From Antedon mediterranea (lineage: Eukaryota; Animalia; Echinodermata): 64,000 bases of DNA. The translations under genes were made by a program, and so were the position numbers. Every line of letters begins with the position of its first letter. Position 1 is the first letter of the stretch. The stretch lies in assembly GCF_964355755.1 (NCBI RefSeq), contig NC_092677.1, forward strand, positions 25,779,175-25,843,174. Direction: 5' to 3'. Positions 12,571 through 22,900 of the stretch are shown here, piece after piece. The notes beneath the pieces are model-generated. The model saw only the letters and a list, made by a program, of their open reading frames with translations, was not told where the DNA came from and made no database searches.

Positions 12571-13672
12571 GAAATGTCATCAAGTACTATATTTGGTAAT
12601 AAAGTTCACAATATTTCTTTTAATTTTATATTTGCATTCCACAAAATAAAAGAATAAAAAATTAAAAAACATAAATAATTATGTCATTAGATCTATTCTT
12701 TGTTGTTGACACTATACCATCTATTTTTAGTCTTACTTGAGAAAATAAAAAAACTACACATTTTATCATAAATTAACGAAGAAAAAATATACTTCACTTA
12801 TAGAGAAAAATAAGTTTGATTTTGCCCCAAAAAAACATAAAAAAAGAAAATTTAAAAAAACATCAACGGGATCAAAATAGAACGATTAGTTTAAACCAAG
12901 AAAAATGTTTTGAAACAAAAAAAAATAATTGAATGCGAACAGAAGCAGATCAATACTATGATATTAGTTTCTTATTTGTAGTTTTCGATTCGATTTTCTA
13001 TTTTTAGCTCAGAATCCAATCTCCATTGTATCTTAATTCACCTTCAATCAAATATAGTTACAGCGCAGTATTACTGCACTTTCGCACCACAATCTCTCGA
13101 GCTTACCCATTTTAAAAACATTTCCCCGCTCGCTGCGCAAGACTGTGAAGTCTAACGCCCAGTTTTAGGTGCGAAAGTGCAGCAGCGCCCAATCAATTTG
13201 GTGTTTTTATTAACCAATGTTCTGAGAAGAATGATTTGTGCGGCCAAAAAATGGAGATAATTTAGACCTGTTTCTACCAAGATTTAAATACCGTATTTTC
13301 CTGCCAGAAACATGTCCTTTATAAAAAACAACCGATTTTAAATTATGATTTAAAAAAACCCAATTTATTCTGGTTTTATTTATTATTATATTATCATATA
13401 TTATTATTTACAGATTATAAATTAGGCTACATCATGATTTTTGTTATAAATTACAAAAACCGGTTTCGACAAAACCGGTTTATTTTGAATTTAATAAACA
13501 GAACCTTATTGATTGAATCACTTGATTGCCCGCAGCAGAAACTGAACCCCAAGTACTAAACTCGTCAACTCTGTACACCATTATAATCTCTTTGCTTTGT
13601 TTGTTCCAGCTGCTGAGTTCACATTTCTTCCAGCTGCTGAGTTCACATTTCTACCAGACTGGTGTTTGCAAG

Positions 13673-16600
13673 CTATAATTGTGAATGTTTTTTGCGTAGT
13701 TTATCAATTTTTTCTTTATAGTTGGATGGACTAACCAACGTATTTTGATCAATATTATATAAATCCTCTTTCATCGTTCGCACCATATCACGATCCAATT
13801 TTCTCCCACCTGTAATCATCAAACATTTATTATTATAATTGATTTTTTGCTGAATGGTAGTGACCGCACAAGTGGCAATATTTTAACATAAACAGATATA
13901 TGAATTATTCATATTTCTGTTTATGTTAAAATCATTAAGCTCTGTCTACACTATCAAACTAGTTTACTATATTTACTAATTCCAAATAAAATAAAATTAA
14001 AAAGATGTTCTACATAGTGTACTGTAAGGCTCTGTCTACACTATCAAACTGTGATGTCCCTAAATGGTAGTGATGTGCCCAAATTTTGTCACATAAAGTG
14101 GGAACCAAGCCTAAAGCTATGTCTAAACTATCAAACTTTATGTGACGAAAAATGTGATCTTCTCATATATATTATATGGACATATCATATCACTATAATA
14201 TTTAAGCATATCAAATGTTTTTTTATGTTTGAAGTTTGATAGTGTGGACAGAGCTTAAGAGTTCGAGTGTTTAAATAAACCCCACATTGAATTTGAATTC
14301 AATTGAATTGAATTGAATGTTTGCCTCTATTGTCCAAAACTACAAGCTCATGTTACGAAGGGAAATATTGCGTTTTCTTCAAGCTGTGTATTTACGCTGG
14401 GATTGATAAAGGCATTTACTTACCAATACATTTCTTTGCAATAGATTTAGATGTCAATATTAGGTTATTGACCTCATCGACCTCGTCAACAATTTCAGCT
14501 TCCAAGCACTGAGGTCCGGTAAATCGTTTGCCAAACAAAATGGCGTCACGTGCTACTTTGTTTGATTTCAATCGCAATCTTTAAATAAAAGAATCATTCA
14601 TCATAACACAATTAAGATTGTCATTATTTTATCTTTAATGTGCTTTGTCACTAAAATTTGCAGTAACTATGAACATTGTGGAGTGGAGCTGTAGCAATGT
14701 ATCTTGCTGGTTTAGATGCTTGGCTACCAATCCTAGAGTCCTGGGTTCAAATCCTGTCAGATAACAGGGTTTTTTTTCTTATGACAGAACAACTCCACTC
14801 TCAAAGACTTGTAATAATACTTTGTTTGTGAAGAGCATCTTGTGTATATGTTTGTCTCTGTGATTATTTAAGGGGGAGGGCCATTTTATCAGCCCCTAGC
14901 TTTAACAGCTATGTGGCTGCCTGGCCTCTCTGAGAAAATATAAAAATTTAAATTCTTTAATTTGCAAATATTTAGCAAGCGTTTTTGGGGTAATAGTACA
15001 CACTGTTTAGAAAAGAACTGAGTTTCTCGACGTTTCGATCAATATGCTTTGATTGTCCTCAGGAGTGAGAATGTTGATATATAAAGTTTGCGGTACACCA
15101 TGTATATTAGTTCTGAAAAGAACTGTTGAGTTTCTCAACATTTCGATCAATATGCTTTGATCGTCCTCAGGAGTGAGGAAACCGCAAACTTTACATTAAC
15201 ATTTGATTTCGCCATGCAAACATTTAAACATGCAATGCACATGGTTTATTAATTGTTATCATTTGAATGTTACTGCCTCATAAATCTGTGAAAGTTTTTA
15301 AAGAAAAATTGGACAAGTATTGGTCAAAATAATATCCTTTTTATTACCATTCTGGGCTCCAAGGCATAACTGATTATGGGTCAAAAGAGGCAAATTAGCC
15401 TACGGTATGTTGTATACACCCACACACAATAGGTTGTAATTTCAAACTAAAATCATGCAGTAAAAATGTAGTATTGTTGATCCAAAATGGTGCTACTGAA
15501 TAAAATTTTGTTTTTAAATTTATAGCTTCATGATCTAAATAACATTTGAATCACAATATTTAAGTTTTGGTCGAAAGAAACATTCTTTCTTAAAGTACTC
15601 CAAATGATTTATTTTACGGTTTTTTTGTAAATACTATTTTTGTAAAACAAAATGGTCTGTTTTGTTTCTGGACCGCTGCACCACATTTTGTGATAGTAAC
15701 AGATTTAAACTGCGTGAATAGTCAACAAATAAAAAATTCAATGAATTACATTTCGGCAGTCATAAAATTATGATCTAAAAAAAACCCAAAATATTGCAAA
15801 CAACGTGTACTGTACATTATACAGTACACGGTATTGAAATGTCGAAGTCTAGTACCTGATGAATAAAAGCGATTTTTATTATGATTTTTATCACCTTCAA
15901 AACAGTCTGTGTATAGTGTGCAAATAAAAATGTCTGGGAATGTGTTCGGTTATCATCTATCTATCTCAGCTTATAGAGTTCTGCTGTGTGATGTCACAAC
16001 GATAGATAACGCTGCATGGTTGCTAGCCAACCAAAAAATGCGTTCAACGCTACTATGTTGATAAACTGTATATATCTGTTTTTCTATCAAATTATGTATC
16101 GTAACTTGATTTTAAATATATATAAAATTAGATTATTAAAAACAAATATTTAGTGATCTTTTTAGAATTTTAGTTTGTTTTTATTGAAATTATTAAGTTT
16201 TAAAATTACTACTTCAATAGGCCTATTCCAAACGATTGGTGACCTTGGAGTCACTCAGGCAGGTTGAACGCATTTTTTTGGTTGGCTAACAACCACGCAG
16301 CGCCACCCGCTGTCGTGACGTCAGCACCGCAGAACTCTATGTACAGTGTGTAAAGTAAAATATTTTATGTTTAAATAAATAAAAGCATCTGTTTATCGAT
16401 GGAGAAATTTTGATAGCAAGACAGTTGTTGATTAAGTTATTCAGTCAAAATCAATAATATGTATACTAAATACAACAAACTCTGTATATAATTATTTTTA
16501 TTTGTGTGACGTTACAATAAACACACTTTTAAACCAATACAAACGGTAGTTAGAATATATTATCAGAATATTTATTTGAAAATTGCCTATAAAACACACA

Positions 16601-19440
16601 GCACAAGGATGAATTAGTTTTAATTGTATAAAATTATAATCTTATCTACACGGACAAAGTACAGACAAATTATATACAATATAAAAAAAACAAAAGATTA
16701 TGAAACAATACATAATGGTAGTTAAAATGGCATAAAATTCTAAATTGCAAGATTCTACTCATCCCATGCATAATGTATTTGAGGTGTTGCGTAGCGGTAT
16801 ACATTACCGGTCAATCACCTCTAGAGCGTACAAATAGGTTTCGTAACAGCTTTTATCCAGATGCTATTGAATTCTTGTCAGTATACCGAACGAGAGTGAT
16901 GTGAAACTTTGTAATTGTTTTTTTTTTCATTTATCTGTTTTTGTATATCTCATTCTCGGAGCAAACATAATTGTATGTTTTGATTAAATAAATTGAATAA
17001 ATGTATATTTTATATGCAAATGACAATAAAATTTAAAATAAGTAATTTTCCACTGATGAATGAACGAATAAAAAGCAAAAAGAATTTATAAAATACAGTT
17101 AAAAGCAGAATACACAATTAAAATCAATCTATCAATTTTTCAGAAAACCTAAATCCCAATCTAACTTTGATAGATCATAATATAGCTCTGATAGATCACA
17201 ATATAGCTCTGATAGATCACAATGTAACTCTGATAAATCGCAATGTAACTCTGATAAATTGCAATGTAACTCTGATAGATCGCAATATAGCTCTGATAGA
17301 TCGCAATGTAACTCTGATAGATCGCAATGTAACTCTGATAGATCGCAATGTAACTCTGATAGATCGCAATGTAACTCTGATAGATCGCAATGTAACTCTG
17401 ATAGATCGCAATGTAACTCTGATAGATCGCAATGTAACTCTGATAGATCGCAATGTAACTCTGATAGATCGCAATAAAATAACTCTGATAGATCCCAATA
17501 TAATAACAATACTAACTAGAGGGTACTCCGAGAGTACAAAACCTCCGCCTACTGCAAATCTTGCTGAGGTTTTTTTTTTGTGGACTTTGATATTTGACCC
17601 TGACCCTTCAAAATTTAACCACAATTATATGATGAGTCATTGATCATTGTGGCTACGTTTGGTGAGAATCGGATAAAAACTGTGGTCTCTAGGCAGTAAA
17701 ATAGTTTTTTGTTAGTTGTGACCTTGACCTATGACCCTCAAATTCGAACTCGTCCGAGCTTTTGAGGCATAGATCATTGTGTCCAAATTTGGTGAGAATC
17801 GGATAAAAACTGTGGCCTTCAGGCTGTTCACAGACACACACACAAACACCAACATACAGGGGTGAAAACATAACCTCCTTGGCGGAGGTAATAAGAACAA
17901 TGTACTGTAACTTGGATACAGAACAACTATTGACGACACATTACAGTTTATTGAAAGTACTCTTAAATAATATTAAGTTCTTACTTGGCTAACTGTATCA
18001 TAAAAGGTGAAAACTGTAGTTTGAGGTCGATTTCAGGCAGGCAGAGCCATCCGCGGTCCTTACGCATCACACGATAATCAAAGGCAAGAGCTAGAACGGC
18101 ACCTCCTGCAAAAGCGTGACCTGTCGTCGTCGTCAGAAAAAATAGAAAATTATTCAATTCAATCAATTTATTTTTGAAACATAAAACAAAGGATTAATAT
18201 TATTTGTTATGCCCAAATATGGTAGTGATATGCCCGAATATGGTAGTGATAGGACATCATCATGTCCATATATGGGCACATCACAATTTTTTGTCACAAA
18301 GTTTGATAGTGTAGACAGAACAACAAAATTTCATACCATTAATTGCGGCAACAGTTGGCATTGGAAAAAGTAATATTTGAAGTAAAACGTCTCGATAATT
18401 CTCAACACACTCATTGACATCTTCAAGCGTCGATTCGCTCATCCATTTCAGATCTAAACCGTTGCTGAAGAACTTGCCATTTCCGGTAACAATCAATGCC
18501 TTTGTGTCCGGGTTACTATAGAAATAAAATCAATTTAAATCAATTTTCCTTTTCCAATGAGTTGACTTTAAGTCCAAAATGGTTCTAAATTTTGTTTCAG
18601 AATTGACAACACAATTGGAATACCAAGATTCATATACAGTATATGGAGTTATTAAAGTCTGTAGTAATAAAAAATAAGAATGGGGTGTTTGGGGGCAAAA
18701 ATTACATATTTAACCCATTTGAGACCAAATGGTTTATTGATAATAAAATAATATTTTTTAAAAAATGGGTTATAAGTATATTAGAATTTCTAATATTAAT
18801 CACCTTTCAAAATGAAAAATAAATGTATTTTATTTTGCCTGGCTTTAATACATACATCATTGGGCCAATGACACGATCAAGTATTTATTCAGTTCAATAC
18901 AATTAGTCTACCAAGCCGGTAATGGATTTTAATCATATTTAAATACTTGATTAATAATATCTAGGCCTATATGTTTATGTTAATCCATTTAACTTTCTTC
19001 AATATTATTAAATAATTTAATAGCCTACTGGTACTGTTGCCATTGGCAATTATTAAATAATCCATTCTGTAACTGTAACGTTTAGGCATCTATTATTATA
19101 AAAGTCATGTATGTAACATGATTCAAATAGGATGTTAGCCCATTGTTAAGTTCAAAGTCCTGCCTTCACACAAAATATCACTTCCGATTGCAGGACCTGT
19201 TGTCAGGTGATACACCATCTTTTCCCGAGGTACGCCAAAAAGGGAAAAAAATTATGATTAAGATATGACGAAAACCTACCCTAAAACAACTTCTAAGCAG
19301 TGTTTTAGTGCTTTACATGAATAACTATTAAATCTATTTTCACCATAATTCATATTCAGAATCGCAAACTCTTTATCAAAGGAAACATTATAGCATTTAC
19401 TGGCACAAAGTTGGCCAGAGGTACTGGTGGCTGAATCCAT
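13673..19440 (-). CDS. Enoyl-CoA delta isomerase-like (crotonase superfamily, similar to plant peroxisomal ECI1-3), spliced gene
   Basis: Exons 19440-19280 (MDSATS...GENRFN), 18515-18337 (ALIVTGNGKFFSNGLDL...MPTVAAING), 18120-17985 (HAFAGGAVLALAFDYRVMRKDRGWLCLPEIDL), 14578-14424 (RDAILFGKRFTGPQCLEAEIVD), 13809-13673 (...KLRKKHSQL*). All phases are compatible and the crotonase oxyanion-hole motifs are present. Confidence 0.9.
14685..14945 (+). mobile_element. Degenerate tRNA-derived SINE
   Basis: B-box-like gtcctgggttcaaatcct after an A-box-like gctggtttag, with an A-rich tail. Confidence 0.4.
15024..15070 (-). ncRNA. Minimal type I hammerhead ribozyme (Penelope-like), copy 1
   Basis: Minus strand reads ctc-CUGAGGA-C-AAUCAA-agcaua-UUGAUC-GAAA-CG-UC-gag: conserved core, stem II, loopless palindromic ACGU stem III, GUC cleavage triplet and CUC/GAG stem I. 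Confidence 0.65.
15131..15178 (-). ncRNA. Minimal type I hammerhead ribozyme (Penelope-like), copy 2
   Basis: Minus strand reads ctc-CUGAGGA-C-GAUCAA-agcaua-UUGAUC-GAAA-UG-UU-gag, 108 bp from copy 1. Stem II is perfect; stem III carries CpG-type transitions. Confidence 0.6.
15973..16340. mobile_element. MITE with TIR ATAGAGTTCTGC
   Basis: atagagttctgctgtgtgatgtcac...gtgacgtcagcaccgcagaactctat, with further internal inverted similarity (ccaaccaaaaaatgcgttcaac / gttgaacgcatttttttggttgg). No clear TSD. Confidence 0.65.
17167..17495. repeat. 21-bp minisatellite (about 15 units)
   Basis: (gatagatcgcaatgtaactct)n; the source of several spurious repetitive ORFs. Confidence 0.95.
17515..17893 (-). 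mobile_element. Helentron-associated (HINE/DINE-1-like) non-autonomous element
   Basis: Minus strand: tattacctccgccaaggaggt 5' hairpin/subTIR, gt/gtct microsatellite, 3' subTIR ggcggaggt, hairpin gtactc-tcg-gagtac, then ctagtt. Confidence 0.7.
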
Positions 19441-19980
19441 GTCGACTCGAGCGTTTCCGCCCTCTGTAATTTATACCAAACTTTAAAATTCAACTCCTTG
19501 AAGCTATAGAGGGCGTAATCTAAACTTAAACATAGAGGGCAGAAAATTAGTCGAGCGTTTCGATGACTACATAAAGCTTTTAATATTTTTTTGTTTTATC
19601 GGGTGACAATTTATACTTTTTATAGGCCCTAAATAAACGATAACTATTTTTAGATATGATTTATTTGAAAGGTAGGATTATTTAGAAAAACATTTGCTAG
19701 GCCTATTTTGATAGAGATCGGACAGATTATACGGTATACAGTAACAAACAAAGAGGGACATTGTAGTGTCACTGTACTCAGTCATCATATCACTGTCTCT
19801 CTGGACTGATTAAAAAAAAAAAGGAGAGAGAGATTCATGCAGTGAACATAACATCCAGAGAGGGTGGGGTAATGTTAGAGTATTACTGTGGTATTGAGGC
19901 TTCTCTGGGCCTAGGTAGTTTGCTAATGACATTTTAAAATGTAATTTGTTATATTTAGATTTGTTTTTCAGCTCAGAAAC
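19441..19980. promoter_or_regulatory. Probable bidirectional promoter between ECI-like (-) and FBXO15 (+)
   Basis: The two start codons diverge about 540 bp apart. A CpG-containing segment holds three AGAGGGC motifs (19458-19466 on -, 19507-19515 and 19533-19542 on +) and two TCGAGCGTTTC copies. Confidence 0.55.
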
Positions 19981-22900
19981 ATGGGTGAACATCACAAGAA
20001 AGTTCTGCAACAGTACCTGAGATCACATCAATCAAAATCTAAAACACATGATGGTGAACATTCCTCCTCCTATAGGCCGAATGCCGGTGATTCAATTGAT
20101 AGGTATATCTTTTAATTAAACATACCTTAAAACCACACCCTTCCGAGATGTGCTATTATTGTACACTGTCAGTGCAGTGGTGCATCTGAGTTGTAGGCCT
20201 AACAGTATACACTCTTTTTAAGATTACTAATTAAGATTAAATTTATTTTTATACTTCAGAACAACTACTACGCTAAATGAAAAATTTAAATGGATGAAAG
20301 TTTCAAAAACAGAATCAAGCACTTCTGCTCCTAGAAATACCGCATTACGGAAGACGTTGCCAAGGATACCTGTAGCAAGACGCAAACTAAAGATTGATGA
20401 CTTACCAGATGAAATCTTGCTTATCATCTTTGAATTCCTACCAGCAAATGACCTTTTGGTGTCAGCAAGTGTTTGCAGAAGATGGTTAAAGCTGTCCAAT
20501 GATGAGTAAGTATCATTGTCACCTGACCACAACCAGTGCAGCAAGAATTGAGTAGTAATGAGTATTATGAGTGAAATTGGGGTCACCAACTCTGTGTCAT
20601 CCAGGTCAATTTAGTGTCACCAACTCTGTGTCATCCAGGTCAATTTAGTGTCACCAACTCTGTGTCATCCAGGTCAATTTGGTGTCACCAACTCTGTGTC
20701 ATCCAGGTCAATTTGGTGTCACCAACTCTGTGTCATTGGTCAAATCAGTGTCAAAACCAACTCTATGGCTGAAGAACAAAGGAGTCTACACAGACTTCAC
20801 CAGCGTAGTGACATAGTTGCTGATAATTGTAACTTGGAGAGTATATATCTAACACTTACATTGATGTGAAATAAGTGTCAAAATGTCAATATGTAATATT
20901 TCCACATGCAATGATTATTTATGTTAATTAGGTTATGATAAACTAAAATTTGATAATTCCCATAAAATGTTAAAATAAGTACATGATACGAACGACAGAT
21001 AAACATAAATGATGACAGATAAATATAAATGATGACAGATAAACATAAATGATGACAGATAAACATAAATGATGACAGATAAACATAAATGATGACAGAT
21101 AAACATAAATGATGACAGATAAACATAAATGATGACAGATAAACATAAATGATGACAGATAAACATAAATGATGACAGATAAACATAAATGCCCATGAAA
21201 ATGGTTAATTTTCTTCTTCAGTATTCTGTGGCAAGGATTGTACATAAAGTATGGACAGCTAAAGAGGAACGAATCTGTGGATGTTCAATTGAAGTGTCAT
21301 GGTGGAATAAGATGGAAACGAGAATGTATTAGAAGGTAAGAATAGAGGTTCATGGGAATGCTGATGACAATGAATATGTTATCCTAAAGCTCTGTCTGTG
21401 ATGTGCCCAAATATGGTAGTGATATGCTTAAATATGGTAGTGATATGACATCATCATGTCCATATATGGGCACATCATATTTTTTTTTCACATAAAGTTT
21501 GATAGTGTAGACAGAGCTTAAGCTGGTAATTTATTATGAGTTATTATACACAGATACATTTACAATTGTTTATGTTTTCAATCTATAGATGCATTGAGAA
21601 GAGAAACTCAAGACTTAAGTTGCTACTTAAAAAAATAAACAATTATACATTACTTCCTGGAGAAACAAAGAAGGTAATAGAGTAAGTATACATTTGTATA
21701 AACCACATGGTAATTTGCATATTTATGTGTTGTTTCCCCTTCCTCCATCCCTTAAAAGTTTCAGTTATCTATTAAAAAAAAAACCGAAAATAACTTCCAT
21801 TTTTTTCTGTTTTAAATACTACACTAGAAAACTTGGTATAAAATGGCAGTTGGTTTTAACAGACAGCGACAAGAATGAGCATATCATTGACCAATCAGAT
21901 GTCTCCCATTTTCTAACCTCCATAACAGTTCGTTGGTATAGCTTGGAGTTTCCTCCAATCAGAAACATTCGTCAAGTTGCCATATATGCCATAGCGCCTG
22001 TGTTTTTTCATAAGAATGGTAGTCCAGTTGTAAATAGGTACTATTGAGGGAAAGCATTTTATATTCAAATTTCAATTATTCAACTACAGAACAGTAACAA
22101 ATAATTAAAATAATAATATGACAATTCTACAACAGATAAAATTCTTATCTAATACAAAAGAAAGTGCATTATGATTTTCTAATGATATGATGACAAAAAT
22201 AATCATCACTGTGAAAGTGAAAGTCGTACCAAACAGGGATTGAACTCTTGGACTTGTTTAATCATTTATTTTGATTTGGAAAAAAAAAGTGATTGATAGT
22301 TCTTTTTTTAATTTAAACTTAAAATCTTGTTTCAGTCCATGTCAAAGGTCATTGCTTCTAAAGAGTAACCCACAGACGATTCTTAAAGGACAAGAAATTG
22401 GTGGAGATGACCGAGTGAGTCTTTATTACGTGCAAGGTGGTCCACTGCTTGCAGTCTGGAAGGTAAGCTTCAAGATAACGTCTTCTGGCGCACTCTCAAG
22501 CGCATAGCCACTATCGTTTATCTTTATCATCTTAAAAAAAGAGGTGGTTGGGGGAACTGTACAGAAGCTTGTTGAGAACCTTTGGTATCAATCAATCAAA
22601 ATCAACATTTATTTCCAAAATTGTGGTGTCACCAAAAAAGCAAAAGCTTGTGTCAGGGACGCCAAAACAAAACATTCAAAAGCAAACAAAACATATATAT
22701 ATAAGACACAGAAATGAAAATAACAATAAAACGTAAAGCCGTACATTTCAATTGCAGTATAAATGATATAAATACATTTTCAATTGCTAGAGGTAAATAT
22801 ATTAGCAAAAACAGTATCTCTGTGGCAGTGGCGTAATGGCCATGAGCGCTCACTGGCTAAACCCAGGGGCACCAGAACTAAGGGGGCCCCAGTGCATTAG

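Noticed and set aside
17132-17643. Repetitive ORFs (LSELHCD, TLIDRNV, SIRVTLR, CNSDRSQ heptads)
   Set aside because: They are translations of a 21-bp minisatellite that is open in several frames on both strands, inside an ECI intron, with no splice support.
20878-21245. Hydrophobic repeat ORFs on the minus strand
   Set aside because: Translations of the 20-bp minisatellite in an FBXO15 intron.
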